From Lingula anatina (taxonomy: Eukaryota; Animalia; Brachiopoda): a stretch of DNA of 64,000 bases. The position numbers were made by a program, and so were the translations under genes. The notes under the pieces are model-generated. The model was not told where the DNA came from. It made no database searches and was given only the letters and a program-made list of their open reading frames with translations. The stretch is from NCBI GenBank assembly GCA_051362555.1, contig CM120640.1, positions 22,492,225 to 22,556,224 on the forward strand, given 5' to 3'. Positions 50,301 to 63,200 of this stretch are shown here, piece by piece. Within the stretch, counting starts at the first letter, position 1. Every line of letters begins with the position of its first letter.

Positions 50301-51062
50301 GTCGCTCGTTTGTAAATTCCGTGCATGGCATACGCACAATCAAACCGTAAAAAACAAATTCTCGGGGTGTCGTTGGCTAGGTCCACTCAACAATCCAATT
50401 CAGGAAATGACGTAACCGCAGAGGTCGCATTGTCCAATGGCATGGCTTCTTTTTCGTAATGGTAGGTTAGAGTGGACCTGGCCAACGACACCCCGAGAAT
50501 TTGTTTTTTACGGTTTGATTGTGCGTATGCCATGCACGGAATTTACAAACGAGCGACGGGATGATGTAGCCTGCAGTATTAGCGGTAAGCGTGCCAAGTT
50601 TTAGGCCGCTCCGATGCCCGGCAGTATTTTATTTCGATTATTCTGTTGGAACTGGATTTTTCTTGTTTCACAAGCTTCTTCTATTTTATTGTCTCTATGG
50701 AGGTATATGGGGACTTTACGACATTCGGTTTGAAGGCTTTAACCACTTGTTATAGTTTATGTTTGCATTGTATTGGATTAATGTGGCAGTCCAAGGTTGT
50801 TGTAGGTGGTTTTCAAGTTTATGCACCCGGTTTTAATATCATTTAGCGATTTTACGACAATCGTTTACTATCCAATCAAGGTGACAGCCGAGCGTGGGTG
50901 CATGTAAGGGAAGTGTGTCATGAGCAGCTTAACTGTTATATATGAACTGACTGGCCATTAAAAAGGGTGCTACTGCTAAATGCAATTTATCACCATTAGT
51001 ATTACTATTACTACTTATTACATGTAGATCTATCAAAGCACCATTATCTGTTAAATCCCACC

Positions 51063-51106
<44 letters not shown>

Positions 51107-51473
51107 TAGTATTAATCCACTGCACCCCCGCCGTACGATCGTTCTCATACATCTAATATATCTACTAATTATAAGCAAACAAAGCGTGTTGAGTACAGCG
51201 TTTTATCTTTTACCGGTAGATCTATAAAAATTAATCGTATTGGGTGCTTAATATCCAAGCCACTACACTAGAAAACAACGGGCAACGACAACAATATTGT
51301 TGAGGTATTCCATGTTTCCCGTCAATGTAAATGCTCCAGTATGTCACGTCTCAGATTAAGTTGAGACACACATATACTTGAATACAACTTCTTTATTTGC
51401 TAAAATAACTAAATCATGACCTAAAGAACAATGTTAACACAGTTTTGCTTTCATGCTTACCCCTTTCGGCCAT
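47318..51473 (-). CDS. XPA: DNA repair protein XPA (7 exons)
   Basis: Exons 51473-51461 (MAER), 49803-49671 ([12 protein letters not shown]), 49448-49330 (DTGGGF ERCC1-binding motif), 48797-48692 (C4 zinc finger CNEC...CDKC), 48426-48261 ([23 protein letters not shown]), 47982-47865, 47469-47318 (HEHEFG...CKSCGH...YEKM*). All GT-AG and in phase. Confidence 0.96.
49962..50896. mobile_element. Palindromic DNA transposon (427-bp TIRs, 81-bp spacer, 8-bp TSD GGTGCATG) in XPA intron 1
   Basis: 49962-50388 is the reverse complement of 50470-50896 with about 5 mismatches; GGTGCATG at 49954-49961 and 50897-50904. Confidence 0.9.
51065..51103. repeat. (AC)n microsatellite
   Basis: About 19 AC units. 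Confidence 0.95.
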
Positions 51474-51820
51474 GTTCACAATGTGACGTCATCGTGCGCT
51501 AAATTCGACAAAACCAAATGGGGTGTTGAAAACCCTCTCGACATCTTATCTCGACAGGAAATGTTGAGTCGACCCGCTGAACGTTTCTCACTACGTTCAT
51601 ACTTCACGGCACAACACTAAACATCACTCAACAAGTTATTAAAACGCTCTCAGCGTTCGGCCTCAACAAATGTAGAACAATTCGCAACGTTCAGTGAAAT
51701 GATGCTTGTAATACGTAGTCTAGATCTTGATGCAGCGGTGGGGATGACGACCCCGGGATGACGGCACAAATTAAGTATCCCAGACCAAATACTGCAGTTT
51801 TATTGAATATCTAATTTAAG
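51474..51820. promoter_or_regulatory. Bidirectional promoter region for XPA and the plus-strand gene, with a candidate non-coding exon ending at 51820
   Basis: CpG-rich; TGACGTCA at 51484-51491; donor AAG|GTAAAG at 51820/51821. Confidence 0.5.
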
Positions 51821-52819
51821 GTAAAGTAATGCTTGTGTAGAAACTTATACTTAACGTTTTTAATGACGCAGGTTTTGGGCAAATAAAACGTTTTATTCGC
51901 CCAAACGCAGTTCTACATTTACATTTAGTAACTTTGTGCAGGATATGTAGACATAACATTGGCGAATTTTCGAATGCATACAGTATAAGTTTGAAAATAG
52001 ATTAATGATAATGTGTGGTGTGTAATTTGGCTGAGCAGATTTTTGTAAACAAATTTATGTTACAGGCATTTTTATTATTTTTCCCCTTGTAACATATGTA
52101 AATGTTGCAAGTTGCCAGTACTAAATAATAATATATGTCATATATTCATAAAATTGTACGTTTAGCAGCCTTCACTGCAATTTGGAATTGTGCTTTATCT
52201 TACACTTTTACATTAAAAGTGGTTAGGATATTATTGCAAGGGGTTGTGGAAGTATCCTGAGTGGTAGGTGCAGTATCTTGACATTTTGCCAAGAAGTACA
52301 CTCAAAATACAATTGCAAAACTATATGCTTTTATATTGTATGTAAACACTATTAGATGGTGTCAATATGTAGCCATTTCAATCCCCCCCCCCCCCCCCCA
52401 GGACTTATTTACATTGTCAAGAGTAGATATATATAATCCCCAAGGATCGACCCATGGATACCTAGAGTATTCCACTGCCTGGGTCTTGATTATTGAAAAT
52501 AAACATCAGGATAGCAGCATAAAAATAGCTCGCTGCTGCCTTCATACATGGATATTAAAAGCATAAGTGAAATAAAAATATGTGAAAAATAGAATCATCC
52601 ATTCCCATGGACAGTCTCAACCACATTCATGCATGCGTACTAAAATTTAGAAAGGCTGATGCCCAATCTCTGCTATAAGCCTATATGTCCAGCTTACTAT
52701 CAGTACCTAAAGTATAAGTTCTTCACTCCAGTTGTCTTGGAGGTGAGAGCTGAATTTACTACCTCTATCAGAGCCACAGGTTGATTTTTCACTAGATATA
52801 TACAGATATGTCTATGACT

Positions 52820-53060
52820 GGGTTCCCATACTTAGATTGATCCATCTGGATCATCCTAACTCCCTGGGAGCTCACGCTAAATTGCTATCAGCTCAAGAGG
52901 CTTAAATGTCTGCCACGCCTACCGAATCAGCTAGGGGTAAAGATTATTACCCCAAACAGTTTTTCTAGGGATGGCAGACGTTTAAGCCAGTAAGATTGAT
53001 AGCAATTTAGTGAGACTCCCAAGGGAGATAGATCGATCCAAATATCTGTGGGAATGGTCC
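52820..53060. mobile_element. MITE family A, copy 4 (diverged)
   Basis: CCTAACTCCCTGGGAG-TCACGCTAAATTGC and TAGTGAGACTCCC...GATAGATCGATC blocks shared with copies 2 and 3. Confidence 0.65.
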
Positions 53061-53932
53061 TTTTGGTATTTCGTGGCACATTTCTCTACTTCACAATGGA
53101 AAAAATGCACATAATTAATATGCCACCCTGGTGGAGGATTAGAATTTACAATGTATAATGTTAATAATAGAATCAACCAACCCTAGGGACAGGTCCCCCC
53201 CCCCCCAAGTGCAATAAAATTACAAAGGGCCCAGGCATATCCCTGTGAATCTGTGTCCCTGTGTCTATGATTCTGCAAAGTATTGAATTCTTCTTCCTTA
53301 CTTCTTCCAGTGGTGTAGAAAGAGGTAATGGCAGTGTGAAAAAACACCATACACCCCCAAAGGCAGCCCCACCCCACTCAAATTCTGAAGGGCCTACATG
53401 TATGCATATCACTGATGAAAGGTTTATCGATTCCTAAAAATTCAATTTCCTCACTCCAGTGGTACATATAAAGGTAAAGAAAGCTTAAATTACATATTAA
53501 AAAAATAAATCCTCTTTCCCAGGGACAGCAGCCCACCCCTTGGTACAGTAAAATCCTGCAGGGCCCATATGCAACCCTGATGATAGGTCTGTCAGTCACC
53601 AAATTTTGAACTTCCTCACTCCAAGGGTCTAGGAGAAGATAGCAATTATCACAATTTAATTAATGTGTGGTTATAAAAGGAGCATCCATATAATACAAAA
53701 TTGGTAGTGAATATATGCTCCATTGTAACAAATTTTAGTAAAATTGGCTGTTCCTTATTTTCACTGTTTTGTCGTTAATGTGTGCCCATTCAACTACCCT
53801 GTTTCATTATTGGACCTGGCACTCAGTCTGAATTATTTTGTTTATAAGATTGTTCATCATTTTTGAACAGATGAGATATGTTTTAATGATGGATTTTTAA
53901 TTTTTTAGGTCTGGCTTTCAAGACAAGCAAGA

Positions 53933-56900
53933 ATGAAGATTCAGCCCATATGTTATTATCAGAAGAAACTATTTTGTTTGACTCATGATGATAAACAGTA
54001 TTTATTCCTTGCGCAGTTCAAGAATAAAATTCTTGGTCACATAAAAAATGATGACTTCTATAAGGTCAAAGTGGATCTCTTCTGTATCACAAGTAAGCGT
54101 ATGAAGAAAGAAATTATTGATTATTTGAATGAGTGGTTCAGTACTCATCACATTGGTGTTGTTCTGCACTCAGAAACCTGCGCCTTGATAGAAATGTCTG
54201 ATGCTGATAAACTGGTTGAATACTTTGAAAATGTTTGGGGGAGGCAAAATAAAGAGGACAACTCCAAAAACAAGAAGATATCTTTACCTAAGACGAGCAA
54301 AAATACTTTGCTCTTTTGCTGTGGATCCCCCCTAGGCTCATATTCTAGACATAATAGTGCAAGAGGAATAGGATCCAGCTTGTCCACAAAATGTAAAGAA
54401 GGAGGATTGATAAATGCTTCAGCAGTAGAGAAAAGAAATCTGGGTGAACATAAATCTGAGCAATTTGTGGATCAAGATGAATCCAGTACAGATAAAAATG
54501 TTCAGATAAAAAGCAAGGATCATTTACAAAACCAAATTGACTTTTTGCTTCAGGGACAAAATGGTTCCTTTTACAGCCTTTTTCCTGCAAGTAGATTTTC
54601 TCATGAAAAACTAAAACAGAAAAGGCTTTCAGAGAAATGTGGTAATAGTCCACGCCACATGCCACCTCGGAAGAGAAGAAAATCTTTCCTGGCATCAGTT
54701 CATTCTAAGTACACGTCAGAGATTGTAAATGATAAACTTGTATTGAAGAGGCAATTATGGGACAAGGAAGATACCAGTGTTACACCTTCACCATCACCAT
54801 CTTCTTTAAAATATTCCAGTTTGATAAATTGGACAACAGAAAAGAATGTTTCGTCTGTCTTGGATGATGATTTTCCTACGAGATGTAAAATTAGAAAATT
54901 ACATGAAGACATTACACATCCAAGAAAAGTAAAATCAGTCCTGCAAAATGCTACTGTGCCAAATTCTTTGGACGAGACTTTGCCATATCCTGTTAACAAA
55001 GGATCAACTGGTGGTCAGGAAGAAAGTGAGGGTTTGTCAAATGAGGTTCAAATAGATCAAGAGTCATTTTCTAAGAATATTGAAGGAGAATGTACTACAG
55101 GACTGCTTAAACCATTGTCATGTTGTCAGGTTAGTGACAAAGGGCAGCCAACAGTAGCAGAAGACCAGACAGATTTGGTCAAGACAAGTGAAGCAGTGGT
55201 TGCTGACAAAGTTGATTCACACTTGTGTTGGACATTAGAAAGCTCTGCAGATGAGAATTGTGAAGATGGTTCATTGTTGGTGGCAGTTGGAACTCAAACA
55301 GATAATAACATAACTGGCATCCCCAAGAGAATTTGCAAAGCGTATTTGAAACCAGTTAGCAATGAAATAAAAAGCAACATTGAGGGCTCCATTATACTGA
55401 GGCCAAAGCAAGAGAAATTGGAGAATTCTTTTCTAGCCTATGCTCCCAGTAATGGAAAGCCCTTATCTATTGTATCAGTTGATGAACCTCTTCCAGAAAT
55501 GAGAAGTACTCCCTTGTTTGTTGCATGTGAAAGACAACCACTTCCCAATTTGGATAATGTTTCAGGCACCTTTTTGCCGAGTAAAGAACCACCTCAGTCA
55601 CCTTTGGTTAATCCTAATAATAGTTATGCCTCAGGTAACATGCAGTCATTAAAATTGGTTTCCTCTGTGACAGTTTCTGGACAACCTCATTCAGTATGGG
55701 CCACTACTTCCAGTTTTACACCAGGAAATGACCACATTCTGTCAACATGGAATCCTCCAAGTGGACATGAAAAACATCTTCCATTGCCAGCCTCTCTGTG
55801 GCCACCTGGGCAAACCCATCTTGTAGGGAGCACTACTACCACTTTAACACCAGGAAACCACTTTACTTCAGCTTTGAACCCTACAAATAGACAACCTGGA
55901 GTACAAACTACATCTCTTCAGGGATATAGGCAACATCACCCAGTATGGGGCTTTACTTCCACTTTGAAACGGGGAAATGGCCAATACACTTTATGGAACC
56001 CTACAGATCCAAATTTTGTACCAGTCGCACAAAGACCACCCATGATAAGGTATCTTCCTGCCTCTATTCCAGGTGCTGGATATCTTCCTCTTCCTTTACC
56101 TTTACCAATGGGCCATTGTCTTCCTGTTAATAGACCTGCAACTGAACCACAACTGAGGGGACACTGTCTTTCTTTATATTCAAGAGGTACCAGACTTCCA
56201 TTAAATATGCCAAACCCTAACTGTGTGCCATTTGTGCCTTTGCCAACATTTCCAGGTTCCATTCCTTTCCCACTGAGATCATTGGTGAATGTACCAAGGG
56301 TTAGTGTAGAATTTAACATGACATCTTTGCAATTGCCACCCCTGCCTTCAGTTTCCTGCCAGTCACAGGGACATAGACTTGTAAGGTCTGTTAATTACCA
56401 TGATGCAAACTATACGAGCTGGGGAAATTTCCAGTCAACACAGAAAGAATTAAGGCTCAAGTTCTGACACCAATCAAAATCCTGAGCATGCTCCAAAACA
56501 CTGTGAGAATATGGGTATCCAGAATCTGATAGGTGTAATTGGGAATGCTGCTTCTGAAAGTTTTACACACATGAGAGAAAACTTCTGCAGCAATACCTCA
56601 GAGGAACACGTACATTTTAGAGATAGAGAATTTGAGACTGAGAACCATCAAGAACAACAAACTGCCCTTTCCCATAATGACAATGTTACCTCTTCCTCAG
56701 ATCTTCAGATGGAGAATACAAATGAAAACAAAGATGCTTCAGGAAAACCCAGGTCATCAAATACCACTGTCAGTGCATTGGAGTCAATGCCTGGGATTTG
56801 TGAATGTGAAAATGAAACCCTTAAAAATCAATCTGAAGAAAAAACCTTATCTGTTGAAGGTTCTCAACATCAGGGTGACATCAGTGTTAGGACTAGTCCT

Positions 56901-58184
56901 CTGAATATAAGTAGCATCAGCAGTGCTAACACCGAGGCTGGGATTTATGTTAAATCTGACTCCACTGCATCTTATCAGGGTGATTCTTTTGGAAGACATA
57001 CCAGTACATGTACAACTGAAACTTCAGTAAGATTACTATCCTCTGAAAGACTTAATGCTGAAAATCCCAAAGTAAACAATCCAACTGAATGTTCAGCAGT
57101 TGATGAAACAAATGTTCCTGAAACTGGAACCAATATCGATACCTTATTCACTGAAAACCCTAGGACTGAAATCAATCAAAATGGGACTGATTTCAATCAC
57201 AATGGAAATGAAGTATCAAAAAACAGTGGTAAAACAGTTCACTGCAATGGTGGCAAGAAGAACAGAATGGAAATGAAGTACAATCCATTCCATTTTGTTG
57301 CAAAGGAAACATTAAGTACATTGCTTTCTGTGATATTTTAATAACTTGGCCCTTACATCAAGCTTTTACGTTAATATTTTTATTTTTAGAAGCCCCTGTG
57401 CATTAAACTGTATTGTTTTTAGAACAATATCAAACATGACCTAAGTTGCAATAGAAAATCTAACAATATTTTAAAACTTGTATATAGAGTTTGCTAAGTC
57501 AAAGCTTGAAGTATTTTTTTTTTTAAGTTATATATGTATACTAGTATAGTAAAATGACTTCTTGGTAAAACAGAAAAACATACAAGTCGTCTTGTTGTCA
57601 GCATATGATGAATGCAAAATTTCGCTAGTATTTGAAACTTGTTTATATCTTTTTATATTTAGAAGACAAAGAAAAAGATGATGATGGTGGTGACGAGTCA
57701 GCCCTAGCTTTACTGTTCAAGTCACAGAAATTGTTCAAAAGAGCCATGAAGAAAATGACAGAGAGGTGCACTTTTGTTGAAGGTACTGAAAAAAATTTCA
57801 TCAGGTGCAATGATATTATAATCATCAAAAAATGTTTTTTTATATCATTATTATTTCAGTGAATGCTGTGTTTAATGCAGCTCAATTTCATTTATTTATG
57901 ATGAAAAAATAGAAAGAAAAAGGGGCAGTTCACAACTTTTTTTGTTTGTTTTTTGTATACATACGTAGTTCTTTGTTTTGGATGAAATAAGTTGTTGCTG
58001 TCAAATCCAAGATTTTACTATGGGCAAAACTCGATTTTACTATGGGTTAATTTCCATATATTCCCATGCCAACATGCACTGTTTTTATTCAGGTAAAATA
58101 AAAAGACTCCAAGCAGAAGTGTGTACCACGAGAGTAGAAACAGAAGAATTGGAGAGAGAACTTGCTACTTTACAAAGATTTTAG
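53933..58184 (+). CDS. Uncharacterised protein: divergent SKI/SNO/DAC-like N-terminal domain, long low-complexity/Pro-rich middle, C-terminal coiled coil; frameshift near 56452
   Basis: Large exon from acceptor 53909 (ORFs 53933-56467 and 56511-57341; donor probably 57228), then in-phase exons 57663-57782 and 58093-58184. LFCL..KQYLFLAQF...CALIEMSDADKL resembles the Ski/Dach DHD by eye. Confidence 0.65.
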
Positions 58185-58624
58185 ATGAAAAATGACAGTT
58201 TGTACTTCACTAAACATACAGTGAGACTCTGGTTGTGGGATTGATAAACTCTGTTTGAAACAAGTATAAGCAGTGTCTATATTAATGGAATTTCTGTTTC
58301 AAACTAATATGGTGAATTTTAGTACATTACTGCTTTTTAGGATGACAAACTATTTCTTTTTACTTATATTTTGATTTTTTATAATTTTTATTAAAAATTT
58401 ATTTGCGATGTTTTTACATCAGCATAAATTTAAATGGTGAGCTTCAGTACCAAATGAGCAATTACTCTTTTTTAAACTTTATTTTTTTAAAGTTTTATAA
58501 ATCAATTGTGAGAATTGATAAATGCAGCCTCCTGAATTTTGCAGTTATCACATTTTATAGAAATACCTTCTTTAAAAAAAATGCAAATTTTAAGCTTCCT
58601 AGTACCAAGATATTGTATATTTAG

Positions 58625-58885
58625 ACCCCATTCCAATAGGTCTAAGTGGATCCACCCAAGTGTGCAGAGACTTTCGCTAAGTGTTAACGTTGTAGCTTAC
58701 CCTGTAACTGAATGACAGCCCTTCTCTTATTTCCAAGGTACTCATAATAATCACCAGCTTCTTTTGTATTCTACTTAGCGCCAGAAAGAGGTGTGTTATT
58801 CAGTTAAGCTGATTGCAGGCAGAGAGAGTATCTGCAGAGTCGGGATGATCCATGTAATCCAGTGGCGTCAATGGGCATGGGGCCT
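58625..58885. mobile_element. Old MITE related to family A
   Basis: ACCCCATTCCAATAG...ATGGGCATGGGGCC termini, TTAG flanks. Confidence 0.4.
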
Positions 58886-59431
58886 TAGACTTTTTTTCCT
58901 CAGATTTTTAACAAGTGTATAGCATACCTGACCAGATAAAGATCTTTAGGGATAAGCAACATTCTTCAGTTTGATAAGTTGAATATACATAGATTTAACC
59001 TAGTAACTAGTTAGGTATCAACTTAAGGTATATTTTCTTATAATTTTGATTGAACACTTATAGCTGTCATTGCATGGTTTAAAGCCTGTACCCGGTAGTT
59101 TGTTGGTCAAAGGTATAAATAAAAATATACTATATCAGGTATTAATTCATTGAAAGGAGAAATTTATTAACATACATACATGCTAAGTCATTCTTACCTA
59201 GAAATATTTCTTAGATTGCAATAAAAAAACCTTAAATGTATCTTTATATCATATTTTTTTAGGTGTAGATATCGGAATCGTGCTGCAGCACAAAGGTGGA
59301 GAATAATATGTTGAAAACTTGGCCTTCATTGTAAGTTAATTTTAGGGAACTGCTTTCCACATGGTGCCAGCACTAAATTTTAATAAACCAGAGAAAATAT
59401 TAAAATGCATCGTTTTCTGTATTGCGTACAG

Positions 59432-60212
59432 TTAATTGTACCACCGCTGACGGTACATATAGTTTTAGTCTCGACCCACATGTTCCACCAGCTCTGCTGC
59501 CATGCACCATTACTGCTTCTCCGCCTAAACTACCAGAGCCCTTGTATCCATCTCTTGCTTGTAGGTCACATATAATCTCAACTCGATCCATGTGAATTTT
59601 GGGCTTTGTCTGTGCTTGGGTCTAGGTGTGGCGCTTGTCGCAATGCACCTTTGTCCAAATTATGCAAGATTAAATGCTAAATATCTCCCAAACCAAAGGA
59701 ATTATGGGAAAAACTTCTATTCTCTAAGTCATGTGTGGAAATTTCAAATACGCCCTTGGATTTATCGTTTGACCTTCAAGATCAAATGGGCCATAATTTT
59801 CTAAAAATGGGATTTTTTTTGAAAAAAAAAATTATTTGTGCCAATTTTCAGAAACTACAGAGACCTAACCTATAATATTATGGGCAAGTGTTACACTTAG
59901 GGTCATCTTTCATCTTCATGAGTTTGGGGTCAATCGGTGCATTTTCATGGGAAGAGTGGCCATTAGATGCTGAAACTGAAAACTCTATTTCTAAAACTAA
60001 ATGCTAGAGACCTCTTGTTTTTAAGCATTTTGTGGAGCTTGTCAACTGCAACACTGGAGTCCATTTTTTGTTTTCTATATGGTTTACGAGATGCATGATA
60101 TAAAAAAGTACAACGTGGTGGTGAAAATAAAATGTGAAATACGGTAATATGCCATGAAATTTTGAGCATCAGGATAAGATAACATAAGGCTTAGCGAGGG
60201 ACAGACAACTTA
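59432..60212 (+). mobile_element. Second, diverged HINE copy (5' module only, no satellite array)
   Basis: Starts TTAATTGTACCACC..GGTACA and is colinear with 20257-20915 (TAGGTCAC-TATAATCTCAACTCG, GGGGTCAATCGGTGCATTTTCA, ACAGACAACTT). Confidence 0.8.
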
Positions 60213-63200
60213 TGCTGTTTGAAAGCATTATGTAGCAGTGCATCAAAATTGGCCAAAACATTATTTGGTGCACTTTTTTTCTGCGTAATGTCTGAACATT
60301 CATCAGCTTTGCTGCCTTGTTTCCTGTATGGTGTCTGTATATTAGCAAGCTTTGCTGTTTAGTTTTTTTGGATACTTTTCAGTATTGCATAAAAATAGCC
60401 ATCACTTTAAATTGCACCTGCACCCCCCCCCCCCTTTTTTTTCTTTTTATCCACCAATAATTTACATCCTTCAACCAACTCAACACGATCAGATAGGGCT
60501 AGTTCTGATGTACGTATATCATGTTTTTCTCTGGAAATCGGTGACCAGTCATGATCAGGGCCTCAGAATTGTTTCAGGGGAGGGAAGGTTGCGGTGTTAC
60601 TGGTCTTGATGTGTTGATCGTGTACCCGGTAACCCTTTCCTCGATCACTGATCCGGTCACTGATCCATTTTAGTGCGTTTCTCCCTCTGTAAGCATGGAG
60701 TATTGAGTCTATCAACAATCTGTAATTTCTTTTTTCTGTAATATGATGTTTAAATGTATCTAGTGTGACTGTGTATGTTTTTGTATACTTTGTGTTTTGT
60801 GATGCCAATGGAAAAGTGCTTTGTAAAATTGAGATCGGTGAATTAAATGCCTGTGCTCTGCAAGGATAACCAACCATCGATCTGTAGGTGAATGCGAGAA
60901 AATATGCATGTGTCAGTAAATCCACACAAATTTAGGACCTACTTCATGTCTTGTGGGTCCTATATAGTGTGAATACATGATTATAGCTTTTAATATATGT
61001 TACCAAATTTTTACATTGTCAGCAGTCAGCAAAGCAGTATGTAACGCAAGGATGGTTATATGGACTCTAATTGTTGTTCTTGTCCTTCAATGAATGCATT
61101 TCATTCAAAATTTATGTCTTATTTATCTATTTCTTGGGTGGCGGAGGAGGTTAAGTGTCACACTTTTTCCACCATCTATCACTGCATACATTTTCCAGCT
61201 CACACACAATATTTGACTTCTGTTATAGAGCTCTCTTTAATTCAATACCACGGGTCTTTTTTATCTGAATTGATCTGGAAAGTTTCGACTGAAACCCACA
61301 ATCATGACAGAGCGCATTCCTATAGACAGTTTTATATGATCCTCATGCATGTATGATTACACGAATGCTTATCAACCGGTTTTTCCAGTAGTAGTATGTC
61401 CGCACTGCTTGGGTCATATCGTCCCATACCCTTCACTGGATAACCCCAGCGAAATTGGACCGCATTGACGTATTGGTTCATGCGACTTCGGTGGGTCCTA
61501 GGTTTTTGCCGTGGTTTAAACTAAGAATCTTACTCTAAGCCTCCGACTTGAGCTTATTCAAAACTGTTCCCAACATGTTTTCTATCATAATTCCCTTAGA
61601 ACTTGATGAAAAAAAAAAAAAAAAGAACGGCATATCGTTAAACCGTTCGCAAACTTCACTCCAGTGTTGTTTTGTGCCCCTAGTGTAGACACTTTATTCC
61701 ACTGCGGAAAAGAACATATTTCCTCATTGCTGAATACCCCCGCCAATATTGAAATCAATCAGGTGCGAAATGCTGCGAATTTTTAGTTGCTGGTAGTTAA
61801 GATGTAGTATGTTATTGGATATGATATGCTATATTATATATATAATTCAAAATATCAAATGAGAGTTTTTCTGTGAACTTTTGGTGAATTCACCAAATTT
61901 TAACCATGCACTACTAAGACATGTATTTATTTTTATCAAACAAACCTGAACAAATCATAGGATATTCTCTTTCTGTCTAGCCCCAGCGAACTTGGATTGG
62001 ATTCTCTGCAAGATTAAGGTAGGGCCTAAGTCTAAACGCATTTCAGACACATAGAGTACATATTTTTACATATAACACAGCTAATGAAATAGGGAAGTAG
62101 CTCAGTCATGGTGGGGAGCATGTTATTTTCTGATCTATAGTCGGTAAATTCGCCTAGCGAAGGCAGTGCATAGTTCATAAAAGGCAGTATAAAGAGCTGT
62201 ACAATAAATGAATAAAATTAGAAGATTAATTTTCTTTAAAAAAAGTGGCTCGGGTTTGCAGTTTTACTTTCTGACAAGGAACAGAGGGAAAGAAGGCATA
62301 AAAAGTAGCCTAGACGTTCAAAATACCAACCTTCAAAAGAAAAGTTTAATTACTCTCCAAATATTAAACGAAGACGAATTACCCTGCTTGCGCCGTGCTG
62401 TTCGCCTAAATTATAAGTTGACTTGAAATTGACAGCATTGTACAAAGGATCTTTCCAAGATCAAGACGGCACTGCTGCCAACGTGAGTTACGCACTGAAT
62501 GCAGCCGGGTAGTTTCATCCTCCACCAACCCCGTCAAGGATAAAGTAGACCCCAGGTTAACCTAGCCTGCCTAGCTAAGTATCGTTACCATATCTGACGC
62601 ACCTGTCAAATAGATCTTTTTAATCTTTTAATAATCGCGATATGTTTCAATCTATGGTAGGAAGCTGCGGTGGTGAAGCACATGGAATAGAGGATAATTC
62701 AGACGAAAGGTAAGTTGTATGATATAGTATAAAATGGGCGTATTCAGGCCTTGCCTACGTTAATTGCTGTTTCTTCTGCCAACAGATATTGTAATAGAAT
62801 GTAGAATGGATATCTCAATTCATATGCAATGGATATCCAGTCATTCTACTGGCCATAAGGGTCTGTACTGAGTGCAAGACGAACAATAATAATCTGTGAT
62901 CTATCTGAATTTGAAAAAACAAATGTATGCATTTGAAATCCATATACCTGCTGCTAACATATCGAGTCCAACGCCATTTTCTTTGTCGGACGGCTATGTG
63001 CATATACGCAAATATTGTTTCTTTCTTCCTTCAGTGCACATTTGTTTTGAAGAAATAGAGAAAAATGACTACCAACTACACAAAAATCTAAAATAATCTA
63101 ATTACTTGCTTAAAAGAATCCTGGCCATCTCTTTAAGATATCAATAAGACGGTCAAATGCAACCTGAGCTGCAGAGCAAGATGTTGATCCATGTTTGTTG

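Noticed and set aside
50274-50331. TIR exon as the native XPA exon 1
   Set aside because: A better native exon (aacATGGCCGAAAGGG|GTAAGC, 51473-51461) lies outside the transposon, next to the CpG-rich promoter.
49962-50896. Palindrome as an assembly or chimeric-read artefact
   Set aside because: The arms differ at about 5 sites and are bounded by an exact 8-bp direct repeat, as expected of a real insertion.
54148-57175. Short antisense or alternate-frame ORFs over large exons (also over pol and PARP exons)
   Set aside because: Shadows of the real coding frame with no recognisable motifs.
62815-63003. RTE-like RQRKWRW peptide on the minus strand
   Set aside because: Seven-residue resemblance with no flanking RT motifs.
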